From Naegleria gruberi (Eukaryota), in assembly GCA_000004985.1 (NCBI GenBank), contig GG738848.1: 64,000 nucleotides of DNA; one strand, given 5' to 3'. Position numbers and translations under genes: made by a program. Positions 47,003 to 59,000 of the stretch are shown here, piece by piece (the first letter of the stretch is position 1; the number at the start of each line of letters is the position of its first letter). A model generated the notes under the pieces. The model was not told where the DNA came from. It saw only the letters and a program-made list of their open reading frames with translations, and did not search any database.

Positions 47003-48145
47003 TTAGTTTGATCCCAGAGCTCTTCCAGAACCCCAGCTGTGATTATTGGCTGATTGGTCGTTCGAATTATTGTTTCCTCCTCTAAACCACCCACTAATAC
47101 TGCTCATAAATCCACCTGAACTTGGTTGACTCGGGGTTGATTGAGTATCTTGTTGATTTGTTTGTGCTGTTGCGCTTGTAAAAACAGCCTCATTAGATAC
47201 AAAGTAAAAAGATCTTTCTCTGATAAATTTTGGAATTTTTCTGTCAATAAACAGGAATACCTTATTAATTGGTGTTACAAATCTCACAAGGATCCAAATC
47301 AAATATCCAGAAATCATGCCAGTCAAATGTCCCATCAATGAGACATTTGGCATTAACAATGAAGTAACAATTAACATTAACCATGGAATTAATTTAGGTG
47401 CAAAATCATCTGCATTGGCACCAGGATATAACTGTTCAAAAAGTGGTCTATATTGAACTGTAAAAACTAAATATCCAAACAAAACACCACTATATCCCAC
47501 AGTGCATCTATCCAATAAAAAGGAAAGTGTTTGTCCAGCTCCAAAACCTTGAATAAAAAGTGCATCAATAGCAACCCAAACAGCAGATCCAAATATTATC
47601 ATAAATAATGAAATAAAGAAAAAGTATATAGTTCCAAGTGTTGATTCAATCCTATTTCCGAATTGATATAAAGCCAGCATGTTAAACAATATATGTGTTA
47701 TACTCCCATGAAAGAAAGGGAATGTAAATAATTGCCAAACTTTAGTGGTTAATATTGTTGTGGAGTATCTATAGCAAATATCAGAAGACTTTGGTTCATT
47801 GAAAACGCCCTGTACAATATACAAAATAATACAAACACAAAATACAATATTACTACATAATGGAAAATATAAAAACCAATTTTTAACTTTGATATGAATA
47901 GGATCTTCAATATGATAGCCAGATTCAGGCTGCGAAGGAATTGTATGAATATTTGATGATCCACCTGTTGATGATCCAATTGCAGTATTCGTTAGAAATC
48001 CTCCTGAAGAAGATGATGATGTTTGTTGATTATTATTGTGGCTTCCTCCTCTTTGTAAGTCTTGTACTCGACCACTTGGAGAGAAAAACTCCCTTCCAAA
48101 CGAAAACATTTTTTGTTGTTTGTTGATGGGAGATTTTCGATGCAA
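47003..48145 (-). CDS. Rhomboid-family intramembrane serine protease.
   Basis: 380-aa ORF. Multi-TM. Catalytic-Ser motif GYSGVLFG (GxSG) and a downstream TM His (MGHLTGMISGYLIW). The preceding HGSITHILFNMLALYQFG is a typical rhomboid TM2 and L1 region. The N-terminal tail is Ser/Gly-rich. Confidence 0.7.
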   Translation of the reverse strand: MHRKSPINKQQKMFSFGREFFSPSGRVQDLQRGGSHNNNQQTSSSSSGGFLTNTAIGSSTGGSSNIHTIPSQPESGYHIEDPIHIKVKNWFLYFPLCSNIVFCVCIILYIVQGVFNEPKSSDICYRYSTTILTTKVWQLFTFPFFHGSITHILFNMLALYQFGNRIESTLGTIYFFFISLFMIIFGSAVWVAIDALFIQGFGAGQTLSFLLDRCTVGYSGVLFGYLVFTVQYRPLFEQLYPGANADDFAPKLIPWLMLIVTSLLMPNVSLMGHLTGMISGYLIWILVRFVTPINKVFLFIDRKIPKFIRERSFYFVSNEAVFTSATAQTNQQDTQSTPSQPSSGGFMSSISGWFRGGNNNSNDQSANNHSWGSGRALGSN

Positions 48146-48322
48146 AATGGAAATTAAAAATAGGGTAGAGGGATGCCTTGGAAAAATAGAATAGTTTCGA
48201 AATAAGGAGGCGAAATTAAGGATTCAAGTAAACTAAATGGTAAATCCCAACCCAAGGACTCTTTCAATTTATACTTATTTTGTAAAATACAATATTTATT
48301 ATGGATATAATATATTTACAAA

Positions 48323-49376
48323 TTAAAAAAAGTCACTCATATCCTCGAATGAATAGTTTGATGGATAATCTATATTTTCAAACCCAGTCCTTGGTGGGCT
48401 TGTAATGAAGAATGTTGGCGAAATATCCAATCCAGGTGATGAACAACTTGATGCCATCAAATTGGTTGGAGAACACATGCCAAAAGTATTACTTGTCAAT
48501 AATGGAACAGAAAGTGGTGAAGGTCTTGGTTTTGTAATTTTGGTTAATTGACTCATTGTACTAGGGATTTGTTGAGTAAGCGCAGAAGGAATTGAATTTT
48601 GATCAAATTGCAATTTTCCAGTTAGAATATCGCTTACTAACTTTTCCAACTCGGCAACTCTCTTCTTGAGCCCTTGATTTTCTTCGAAAAGGTTTGTTTG
48701 GTCTTGTGCAGGAATAATATTAATATCAATAGCCGGTTGCTTCTTTCTCTTCGAGTCACTGCTGTAACTACTTTCAGAGTCTTCTTCATATTCTCGCTTT
48801 TTCAGTTTCTTGTCTTCTGTTGTCTTTTTATCATTGGTGACGGTCTCTTTTCTAGTCTTTGTTCTAATCCAAAAGTTGTTTGATAAACCAACAAGCTTGA
48901 CTTGTTCTCCTTGTTTTTGAACAAGTTTCAAATAACCAATACGAGATTTGCCATTGCTTCCTCCCTGCCAAAGATAAGAATTTATGTAAATAATAAATAC
49001 TTACTTTGTTACATCTTGGAATTGTCAAATTACATTCGTGTAATTCGTTAAAGGCTTTTTCTGTATGGAGAGTTTCGTTAATAAATAACTGACAAACAAG
49101 TGATGAACCATCAATATCTAGTGGTTTAAAAAGTTGAACTTTAAGTTGATCAGAAACAAAGACATTATGAGTGGTGTTGCTAGGAGATCGTTTGCCATTA
49201 ACATTAAAACCGTTTGGTAAACATTCAATCCTTGCCAAACCACCATTAATTGTCTTATCATTGATGGAGAAAAGTATTGTAATGTCATTGTTTTTTGTTG
49301 TATTGTTATTTGTTGTTTCTTCATCATCAAATAATTTGCAAACGTCTTCTTCAGTAAACTCCATTTTTCTCTCCAA
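48323..49376 (-). CDS. Hypothetical nuclear protein with a putative coiled-coil/zipper. Two exons: 49376..49005 and 48964..48323, with a 40-nt intron.
   Basis: The GTAAGT donor after ..IPRCNK and the acceptor ctttggcag|GGA join ORFs 48864..49376 and 48323..48931 in frame (..RCNKGGSNGKSRIGYLKLVQKQGEQVKLVGLSNNFWIRTK..). The protein has a basic stretch KKLKKREYEE and a helix LKKRVAELEKLVSDIL. No confident family. Confidence 0.45.
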
Positions 49377-49771
49377 TTAGTGTTCGTGATGTTCTTGCTG
49401 CTTCCCTCTTCTCAACGTTTTGGGATTTTTTTTGTGGAAGAAATTCTGGGCGAAAATACTTCCCAGAGTTATATCATCATTTTTTTTCAGTGTTGCTGTG
49501 GTGCTTTTAATAGAACACCTTATGGCGCGCAGAAGCAATGATGAAATATTGAAAATTGAATACCAACACAATAATCACAACAAATAACCAATGTGAATGT
49601 AAATAAATTGTAGTCTCTTCTGGGAGTGCTATTTATTATTAATATTTAAATTCTTCTTTAATAATTTAAGTTTGATGAAAATATGGTACAACAACTGATA
49701 GTAGGGGAATAATGGAAGAATAAAAATAATAGCCAAATACTTTGGGAAGAGATGATGAATATACAATAATA

Positions 49772-52510
49772 TTACTTTCTGTGGGCAAGAATGTGTACAC
49801 CATCATTAATTCTGGCACGAATATTACCCAAACTTTCCTTGATCTTATCACGGAAAGCATTATCTGCTTCCTCTTTAGAGGCATCGAGAATTAAACATTT
49901 TCTCAACCACAAGACATCTTCAATACTTGACAATTCTGGGATACCTGTACCCAACATTAATGTAAACAAGGTCATTATCATGTGACCATATTTACGTAAA
50001 ATATTGTAAGCCTTACAACCTAATTCACTGAATTTTTCATACATGACACTATTTTCACCACCCATAACATAGGCATACATTGGAGTGAAAACGAAAGGAG
50101 TAGTTTCACGTTTCAAACCAGCAAATGTCTTAAAGTGCCCCAAAAAGTGGCCAAAGTCAATGTGGAACAAGTCTCCCTTCTTGGTTATCATAATATTGTC
50201 ATTGTGTCTGTCACCAATACCTAAAACATAGGTTGCAGAACAGTAACCTGCACAAGAGTGTACAAAGTTATTAACTACTGTATCCCATTCTTCTTCACCG
50301 TTATGTTCTTTGAGCCATTTGTAAATTGGATCTTGTTTGAAAGCACCAGAGAAACCAGCTCTCTTCTTTGTAATATTTGCAATGGTTTGACTGTTTAAAA
50401 CAATTTCAAGCATACCAGTCATATAACCAGTACAAATACAACCATAAGGTTGCATATGAAGATCTAAACCTTCCTTCTTCCACAACTGATCCATAACACG
50501 TAAAACTTGCAAGGTCAATAAATCCTGACGTAAATCGTCACCAGCCTTAAACATGACAAGAATATCATCACCTGTTTCGTCAGCATTCTTGAAACAAAGC
50601 CATAATGGCCTCTTTGCAGAGTCCATGACTCTACATTTTTCTGGAATGATACCAATAACTTCCATACGTGGAGAGAGTGGTAACTTGTATTTTGGTGGTT
50701 GTTTGAGTCCATGAAGTAATTGTACAAGTGCTTCATTAACAGTAGCCTTCTTTTCATGTTTGATCTTAATGGCAATATCGAGCAATTGATCCAAAACACC
50801 GTTTTGTTTCAACAATTCTCTTCTGTGACCACCTGAATTCAATAAATATTCTTCCAAGATAAGACCGTGTCTCTCTTTTGCTGTTGGAACGTGCATTTCG
50901 GCCTTCAAATGCCAAAAGAGAATGTGACCAATGATGTGTGTTGATCTCAAACCTCTTTGAAGCAAAAATCTAGCAAGACTACTGTCATGATATAATTCAT
51001 ACTTAAGTGTTTGAACTAATTGAAGCAAAAAGTCACTCAATTGAACATCTCCTAATTCATTAAGTCTTTCAACTGAATATTGTCTAACTTTTGCATCAGC
51101 AAAGTTATAGTCCAATAATTCTAAAGCATCAACTGGAGTCATTGGTTTCCATCTAGGAAGTAATGTGTGAACAGTATAGACAGCTTGTGGCATCTTCCAT
51201 GGCACGCTCAAAATAAACTTTGGTAAAGCTTTTGGTATGTCAACAAGCTTTTCCTTATTGGACCAAAGTAACCATTTTTCTTCCTCTGTTAGATTTTGAA
51301 GTGGATCTTTGGAAATAATCTGATCAAGTCTCTGTTTCAGTTGTTCTCCTTGTGGTAAATCTTTGAAAAATTCATTAATCTTTTGTTCAAAAGAGGCCAA
51401 ACGTTTAGCCATCTTCTTTGGAGGTCTACCTTGAGGGAAGACCACTGGCAGTGGATAACGATCAAATTGATAAGCAATAACGATTGGTGTTTCATCAGTT
51501 CCAGTATTTTCAGCAACGACACTAATTGGTTTAGCTCTATCATTTGGCCACATTGGAGAAAGATAATCTCCTTGGTTCAAAAATCCCTTAAAGTTAATCA
51601 TTGTCTTAATCACATAACCGAGAGGAATATCCTTTGTACTGACGTGTGAAGGTGTATGGAAAGGATCTTTGGAAGTTGTTTGATTCTTTGTTATCACTCT
51701 TGAGAAGAGAGTAAAGCAGAGCTTTGTTTCTCTTGGAATATCAGAAAGTAAAACATCATCAAATACTATGAATTGATTCCATCTAGGAGATCTACTGAAA
51801 GGTACCATTTTAGTAAATCTGGCTTTTGTAAGTGGTGTACCACCGTGATATAATTCACAGCATACATATAAATAGGTATCGTCAATTTGAGACAAATTTG
51901 AAATAGAGTTGAAATTGAGATTGTCAATGCCCATAATTTTAACTCGTGCACATTTGACTAAATCCCACAAACTCAAATACTGCATTTTGTGCCATTCCTT
52001 TTCTCCAAAACGAATGTCATCATGTGCATAAATTTTTTGGTCCTTCTCGTGTTTAAAATCATATGAAACAGTTTTAAGAGTGACATCTCTAGGATCCAAT
52101 TCAGCCTTCACAGTTTCCTTATCTAAAAGTGTTAGTGTTGGCTTAACTGCCTTTTTCATACATTTTCTAATATGTTCAAATTCTGCCATTTTGTAATCAC
52201 CATACATGTATTCGGCAGTACCAGCTGCTTTAAATACCCAATCTTCCTTCTTTCTTCTCTGTTGATGGGCTGTATTCAATTTGTTTAAAAATATTTCAGC
52301 AAAATCGTCAGCTGTCGTGTTAAAATCACATTCAACAAGTTTTGCTGCCTTATTACCATCAAGTGTACAATTTACGTTAATGTAGAATTTTTTAGTCAAT
52401 TCATTTGGATTAATTGGTTCAACACTCAAAAATACAGGTGGAAGGAAAGCTTCTCTGTCTTCACTTTTCTTATCACTCTTTTCAAAGTGTTGAAGTCTGA
52501 AATTTTCCAT
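49772..52510 (-). CDS. Phosphatidylinositol 3-kinase catalytic subunit, class I-like. It has Ras-binding, C2, PIK-helical and PI3/4-kinase domains.
   Basis: 912-aa ORF. The RBD-like N-terminus is VFKAAGTAEYMYGDYKMAEFEHIRKCM. The helical domain is LWSNKEKLVDIPKALPKFILSVPW..LELLDYNF. The kinase domain has GDDLRQD, the catalytic loop GIGDRHNDNIM and the activation loop HIDFGHFLG. Confidence 0.85.
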   Translation of the reverse strand: MENFRLQHFEKSDKKSEDREAFLPPVFLSVEPINPNELTKKFYINVNCTLDGNKAAKLVECDFNTTADDFAEIFLNKLNTAHQQRRKKEDWVFKAAGTAEYMYGDYKMAEFEHIRKCMKKAVKPTLTLLDKETVKAELDPRDVTLKTVSYDFKHEKDQKIYAHDDIRFGEKEWHKMQYLSLWDLVKCARVKIMGIDNLNFNSISNLSQIDDTYLYVCCELYHGGTPLTKARFTKMVPFSRSPRWNQFIVFDDVLLSDIPRETKLCFTLFSRVITKNQTTSKDPFHTPSHVSTKDIPLGYVIKTMINFKGFLNQGDYLSPMWPNDRAKPISVVAENTGTDETPIVIAYQFDRYPLPVVFPQGRPPKKMAKRLASFEQKINEFFKDLPQGEQLKQRLDQIISKDPLQNLTEEEKWLLWSNKEKLVDIPKALPKFILSVPWKMPQAVYTVHTLLPRWKPMTPVDALELLDYNFADAKVRQYSVERLNELGDVQLSDFLLQLVQTLKYELYHDSSLARFLLQRGLRSTHIIGHILFWHLKAEMHVPTAKERHGLILEEYLLNSGGHRRELLKQNGVLDQLLDIAIKIKHEKKATVNEALVQLLHGLKQPPKYKLPLSPRMEVIGIIPEKCRVMDSAKRPLWLCFKNADETGDDILVMFKAGDDLRQDLLTLQVLRVMDQLWKKEGLDLHMQPYGCICTGYMTGMLEIVLNSQTIANITKKRAGFSGAFKQDPIYKWLKEHNGEEEWDTVVNNFVHSCAGYCSATYVLGIGDRHNDNIMITKKGDLFHIDFGHFLGHFKTFAGLKRETTPFVFTPMYAYVMGGENSVMYEKFSELGCKAYNILRKYGHMIMTLFTLMLGTGIPELSSIEDVLWLRKCLILDASKEEADNAFRDKIKESLGNIRARINDGVHILAHRK

Positions 52511-52513
52511 AAA

Positions 52514-53137
52514 TTAATATTTGATCATATTTGTGAAATAGTCCCCGAGAGTTAGATAAATTGTTGGATGATAATTGTGGTCAATCATTCTATTCAAAAT
52601 AGTTTTTACATACTTTTTAAAGGTTTCACGAGTAATTTGAACTTCTTCAGAATTCGAACTCCATTCTTTTGTTGGTCCAAGAATAATTTCAATTTCCTTT
52701 CTAATTTCCTCTTGTGTTGATGAGTTAGCCAAACGTTTACTTGTCTATTATTGTCAAATAACAAGAGTGACAATAAAAGTGATGATCAATGTGATTGTAA
52801 AGATGATAATAGCAATGACGATCCGCAAATAGTGATAAAAGAATAACCATCAATTAATAGATTGAATAGTAGATTATCAACAACACATTCCATCAATATA
52901 TTCCAACAATATAAACATTGTTACTACTAGTTGTTGAAGATTACTACTAACCTCATCGTCTTCCTCCAAAATTTTTCTCCAATGTTCCTCATCTCTTGCT
53001 GTTACTTTACCAAATTTTTCCAATCGCTTGATCATAGCCTCCATTTCTTTAGAGTCCTGTACTGATTCTCCATTTTCACCTCCATTCTCTGTTGTTGTTG
53101 GAGTTGTTGGTGTTTTTGGCTCTGCTTCGACAGGCAT
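52514..53137 (-). CDS. Small two-exon ORF of about 132 aa: 53137..~52958 and ~52745..52514. It ends 3 nt upstream of, and in frame with, the PI3K ORF.
   Basis: Exon 1 (MPVEAEPKTPTTPTT..RKILEEDDE) ends at a gttagtag donor. The acceptor aataatag|ACA continues TSKRLANSSTQEEIRKEIEIILGPTKEW... The stop TAA is at 52516..52514, followed by TTT and the PI3K ATG, all in the same frame. Confidence 0.4.
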
Positions 53138-54200
53138 TTTTTTATTGGCTTGATTGGTTAATCATCTATCACAAAATTCTTCTTTCGCTACTCGACATCA
53201 ATGGTTTCTTTGCCTTTTGATGATTACTTGTTGGTTATTATGCACACAATTGTTGACAGAATTTATTCAAGTTGTTAGGGAAACCAATTGTTACATTAGT
53301 TTAGAGAGTAAATAATGGGCTCAACTTTACAAAATATCAAATGAAAAATGTTTCTAAACAATATGTAAAAGCAAAAATCAACAAGCAAGTTGTGACCTAG
53401 GAAAGTGATGAAAACTCAGTAATCATCAGTCTTTTTATCCGTGGTTGTGAACTAGGTTGTAAAAATTAATCATCTTAACATATTCTTGTCAAAGTCTTTC
53501 GTGACAATGTTTTAACATTGACCGTTGCAACATTAGTTTCATTACAACAGTAAATCAAGGGGTTGGATAGTAGGAAACAATACATAGCCAAGTCAGATAA
53601 GGGATCATGTTTTAACAAAACTGTAGTAAAATTCCTTGTTTCTACAAATTTCGCCACTCATTCTCAATTTAGACAAAAATCAACAACTTTTTTTTCACAA
53701 CTGGTTGACGATCCTTAACGCGATGAACATCCAAATCTCCATTGATAAGCAACAACAACTGCTCATTGAATGATTATCTAATCACTAAAAACTTTTGTAT
53801 CAAAATAATTATTGGAAATGAAAGTGAAACTGGGTATTCAATCAAATTGTCTGATTGATTATCCACTACAGCTCGGTCTCAATGACGAGGAACAAAGGAT
53901 TCTCAAACTCTGGCCGAAATGATTGAATAAAAATAAATCATGACCAGAAAAGTTAATTTTGCGAGAGAAATCACCGTTATGAATCGCCTCCAAGCAATAA
54001 TATTGTAGCGCTAGCTAATCAATTTGACAAAAAAAACGTGCGTTCAATCAATTGTACAAACCGCCAAACAACAACAACAACTAGTGATAGGTACTTTCAA
54101 TAACAAGTTTGTTCCTATTCCCAACCCATTTCATACCTAGAGATTTATGCTCCTATAAGCCAATCATTTTCTATAATTTCATTCCTTACAAATCATCATC

Positions 54201-55964
54201 ATGAATTTTGAATCAAACATCCCAAAGAACTCTTCCCTTGAAGACTTTTTTAGTGGTGTTTTCAATACTAGTGCATCACACTCTTTCATGATGAATAATG
54301 ATGATAACATGTACTTGGATGAAAATGTTAATGAATTCTTTGGAACTAGTCCTGAGCAAGATCCATTCTCCTCCTACTTCCCTTTCAATAATAACAATAA
54401 TAGTTTTTATGCCACCTCCTTCCCTGAAAATTCATCACCAATTAATAACATCAATGAAACCCAACAACAAATTGCCAAATCCTCCTCTATCCTCTCCCTA
54501 ACTGATTTTAAGCCTTCCTTCTCTAGAACCTCTTCCTCTACCTCATTTGCAGGATTGCAAACCCCATCTATTCTCCACAATGGTGAATCCTCGCCGATGG
54601 AAAGCTTCCATCAAATGGATGAATTCCAACGTCAATTAGATGAAGATTTTTTGAGAAATGGTGGTGTTACCTCTCTCAATATTTCTTCAGAAAGTGCTTT
54701 CAAACCAAGATCTGATCAACATTTGTTTAAATTTAATAAGCAAATGGACTTTTTAAGCGGTATTCCAAAACCATCAACTACAGAATCAAATCAAGACATT
54801 TTTGCCTCATTGAATGATATTTCAGAGTCACTTATTGAAGAACCACCAAAAGATTCTACTATTGATGCTATGGATACTTCGAGTGTAAATTCCAAAACTA
54901 CACCTGGTCTTCCACCAGGTCATAAGATAATCAACGGTGAAATGTATAATGACAGAGGATATAAGATTTGTGGTTTTATGAATCAACATAATAGACCATG
55001 TCAAAGAATTGGTAAATGCCCATTCCACGATAGAATGAAGAGTGATAAACCTTTATCCACAAATAGTGATGGTATTATTGCTGCTCAGGATAGTATTGAA
55101 CCAGAACATTTTGCACCAACTCAGGTCGTTAAAGAAAAGAAGAAGAGTGAAAAGAAATCAAAGAAGAAACAAGACGAAACTCTGTTAGAAGTTCCATCAG
55201 TTGAATCTTTGACTACAAGTACTACCACAGCCAGTGCTTCAACAACAACTGAAGATAAACCAGCAACCAAGAAGCCATACAAGCAAGGTTGGACCAAGGA
55301 AGAACATATTCTCTTCCTTAAAGGTCTTGAACTTCACGGCAAGGGAAGCTGGAAGGAAATAAGTGCAATTGTTGGTACAAGAAGTCCAACTCAAATCCAA
55401 TCACATGCTCAAAAATATTTCCTCAGACAAAAACAACAAAAGAAGAATAAGCGATCAATTCATGACTTTACAATGGATGACATGAAGAAACAAGATTCAG
55501 TTGAAGAAGTTGAAGAAAACAATCACAAGAGAAAGAGAAACAAATCCAAATCAAAAGAATCCAAGAAGACTGGAGCTGTTCATTCTGAAGATTCATTATC
55601 ATCAGAACCACAATTAGAAGTATTTGGTGAAACTCTTGTTGGTGATGCTAATGCCTCACTTATGAAACAATTCACTTTAGCTCCTCCTAAACCACAACAA
55701 CCTCAACCACAAGATGCAAACTATATGGATATTATTAACAAGTTGAACCATTTGAAAAGCTTTCCCAAACAGTCACCTTCTACTGGCAAGTCTTCTGCTT
55801 TCAGCAGCGTTTCCTCGGACGAATTAGACTTTCACTTCAATACAAACAACGAATCAATTCCAACAGTTACAGAGGAACATTCTGATCTTTATGATGCTTG
55901 GGAAATTGGCGAATCATCAACAATAGATGATGTTGCTCCTTTCCAAAAGAAAATCAAATTGTAA
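54201..55964 (+). CDS. Myb-related DNA-binding protein of SHAQKYF class with a single SANT/Myb repeat.
   Basis: 587-aa ORF. The Myb repeat is WTKEEHILFLKGLELHGKGSWKEISAIVGTRSPTQIQSHAQKYF. Basic NLS-like tracts and Asn/Ser-rich low complexity are present. A Cys/His cluster C..C..C..H is upstream. Confidence 0.7.
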   Translation: MNFESNIPKNSSLEDFFSGVFNTSASHSFMMNNDDNMYLDENVNEFFGTSPEQDPFSSYFPFNNNNNSFYATSFPENSSPINNINETQQQIAKSSSILSLTDFKPSFSRTSSSTSFAGLQTPSILHNGESSPMESFHQMDEFQRQLDEDFLRNGGVTSLNISSESAFKPRSDQHLFKFNKQMDFLSGIPKPSTTESNQDIFASLNDISESLIEEPPKDSTIDAMDTSSVNSKTTPGLPPGHKIINGEMYNDRGYKICGFMNQHNRPCQRIGKCPFHDRMKSDKPLSTNSDGIIAAQDSIEPEHFAPTQVVKEKKKSEKKSKKKQDETLLEVPSVESLTTSTTTASASTTTEDKPATKKPYKQGWTKEEHILFLKGLELHGKGSWKEISAIVGTRSPTQIQSHAQKYFLRQKQQKKNKRSIHDFTMDDMKKQDSVEEVEENNHKRKRNKSKSKESKKTGAVHSEDSLSSEPQLEVFGETLVGDANASLMKQFTLAPPKPQQPQPQDANYMDIINKLNHLKSFPKQSPSTGKSSAFSSVSSDELDFHFNTNNESIPTVTEEHSDLYDAWEIGESSTIDDVAPFQKKIKL

Positions 55965-56041
55965 AATAAGAAGATAAAGTTTTCTCCAATAATCTAGATT
56001 AAATAGAACCTTTTTAGAAAAAGTTATCTTCACACAAAAAA

Positions 56042-59000
56042 ATGGTCACCAACAGTCACAACCATTTTCTTATCATCACAATCATCACTCTCCTCTTGTT
56101 TTCGGAGAGATTATTTTGCCAACAAATGCCCAAAGTTAACCTCTTTGTGGATACAACATCAACAACACCTTCGATAAATAATTGCACAACAATAGAAAGT
56201 CCATGTACTTCAATACTGGAAGCAGTAGGAATTGTGGACACTTTTAATTCTGTGAGGAGTGCAACTGCATTCTCCATTTTACTTTTATCTGACATTATTA
56301 AAAATGATGAAGGAATTAACTGTTTTGTTCCTATAACTTTGAAAAATCCAAGTTTTGTCTCAAAATTTACTTTCCAAGCCTACAATAACACAATTCGATC
56401 GGAATGCCAAATAATTTTAAATTCAAATGTATTTATTACTTTTTCTAACATAGAATTTACATCAGTAGAATCACTTCCAACATCAGTTGAAGTTGTTACA
56501 ATAGAATATTCTTATTGTAAATTTATTGGAATTAATGTGGTGAAGACTTTTGTGAGAGGTTTATATTCTTTTGCAAATTCTATCATTGAGAATAGCTCTA
56601 TAGAAATTAGGTCTGCCTATGGGATAACATTTAGAGATTCAATTATCAGGAATAGTCAACTCAAATTTTCATCTTCAAACTCGTTTTTTTTCATGAGTAG
56701 TGAATTAAGAGATTCTTCAATGACAGTAGAAGATACAAGGACATCCCAAGCTCTATATTCAAAATTTTATAATGATTCCTCAAGCTTTTTTTCGATTGGA
56801 TCTTTGAGTTTTTTCAATTCTAATTTTGATCAAGGAAGATTAAGGGAATATTTCTTTATCAATAGTTTAGTAATGCAATCATGTACATCCAACAGCGGTA
56901 AATGGTTCAACGCTAGATCAATAATTTCGGCAGCATTCACAGATTGTACAATAACTGGTGATGGAAGAAATAGAAACTCTGAATCAGTTTTATTAGATAC
57001 AATAGATTCTGTGAGGATTATTGGCTTTGTTATTACAAATTATAAGGGCAGTGGTATTAGAAGTTTTAATATTGGAAATTTGAGTATTTTATCCTCAATA
57101 TGCAAAAATCTGGAATCTTTTGCCGGAGATGCGTGCTTTACAACTTCAGGTGTTAATATAGTTACTTTTGACCAGTGCTATTTCACAAATACTTTAGGTA
57201 CATCTCTTTCAATTTCGAGCACAAACGAAATTACCGTTAAGAATTCATTATTTTCGAATGGCATTGGTACATCCATTAATGCTCTTATTTCAGAAAATCT
57301 ATTGTTAGACTCAGTTTCCTTCCTAAATAATACAATTGCACCAAGGGTAAACGAATTACAAAATGGTTTTGACCTTAGTATAATGAATATTCGTCAAGTA
57401 ACTATTCGATCCACAACAACAAATGGCCCAGAAATTACAAATGGTTTTAGTATTTATTGCAGATTACTAAACGTTAAAAAAGTAAAAGGGGAGTTTGAAT
57501 GCAAGAGATCTAGTTCTGGACAAGTTAGTGGCTGCTTTTTTATGTGGTTAAATGAACCGTATGTGCCTGGAACTGTAGATGTTGAGGTCAAGACAAATCA
57601 AGATATTTCTAAATTGGAATATGGAAAACTAATTGCTTCAACGCCAAATAGAGTGGAGGTCAGCCCAGATAATGAAGTATATAAGAATGGGATGGTGAAT
57701 TTATATCCGGGTCAAGTTACAAATTTGAAATTATTGGCATATGATTACCTTAATATTAGTCAGCCATATCTTTACAAAAGGTTAATTTTACAAATGAATG
57801 GAACCCACATTTATTCAGATGATTTTGTAAACACTACTATGATGGGGGTTTCATTTTACATATTTCATCCCTCACTTATAGGTACAGTTGCATATATGAA
57901 GTTTATCAGGGAGCGTACAATATCAAATGTGTCAGTATTAATTTCTGATTGCCCTTCTGGACATAAACTAAGTTGTGTAAATGAGAACCACTATATTTGC
58001 GAAAAAGTTTTGGATCTGACTTCTATAGTTGTTGGTGCTGTATTTGGATTTATTTTGCTATTAATTATAGGTATATCAGTAGGGTCAATTTCATTTTATG
58101 TTGTTAGAAAACAAGTTGTAAACAAACTTAAAACTCTGAAAAACAAAGAGATGGCTGAAAAGGAAATACAAGAAAAGATTATTTCTAAGGATATCATTTT
58201 TGATGGATTGGAAAGTGAAGGAAATTGTATAGATTCCACAAAATTTGCCCCATCATTTTTAATTCCTGTAGATAGCCTTTGTATCGTTAAACAATTAGGT
58301 TCAGGAGGAGGAGGAATTGTTTATGAGTGCACCTGGTATGTTTTTAATTTATTTTGATTATTCAAATTTGAATTTTTGTGGAATTAGGAATGGAACTCAG
58401 GTTGCAATTAAAACTATAAGAAATGATAATGTGGACAATGAGGAATTTGAGACTGAGGTTTCACTTCTTAAGAGTTTAAGGTAAGCATATAGAATATTTG
58501 AAAAATAGTGGTCTAACTCAAACAGACATCCAAATATTGTTTCTTTTTATGGAATAAGTCTAACTTCTAACTCTAAAATTCTAGTTATTGAATATATGGA
58601 GAAAGGTAGCTTGGATACTCTAATTAACGAGTGTAGGGTAGGAAGAACTTCAATTTCACTAAAAAAGAAATTGGATATTTTGCTTGATATTTCCAGTGGT
58701 ATGGATTATCTTCACACAATCAATCCAAAGATTATTCATAGGTAAGTTCAGAAATAATATTAATTTTCTAATTATTTCATTCTAATTACAGAGATTTAAA
58801 ACCTGGTAATGTCTTGCTGGATAAGAATTTAAGATGTAAAATTTCAGATTTTGGATTGAGTAAAGTTTCTACTGAGGGAACAATGACACAAAATATAGGT
58901 ACCATGTTGTATCTAGCTCCAGGTAAGTTTTAATCTAGTCTCATTGTGTTGTAAAATATCTCCAGAGATGTTTAACGGTACCAATCCAAGCGAAATATCA

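Noticed and set aside
49005-49376. A Runt-domain transcription factor.
   Set aside because: Only a short GRSGRGKSF-like segment resembles Runx. The rest of the Runt consensus is absent and Runx is not expected in this lineage.
52514-52760. A 24-nt intron (gtatgtaaaaactattttgaatag) that would alter the upstream small ORF.
   Set aside because: It is far shorter than any supported intron in the window (at least 40 nt), and the ORF reads through it cleanly.
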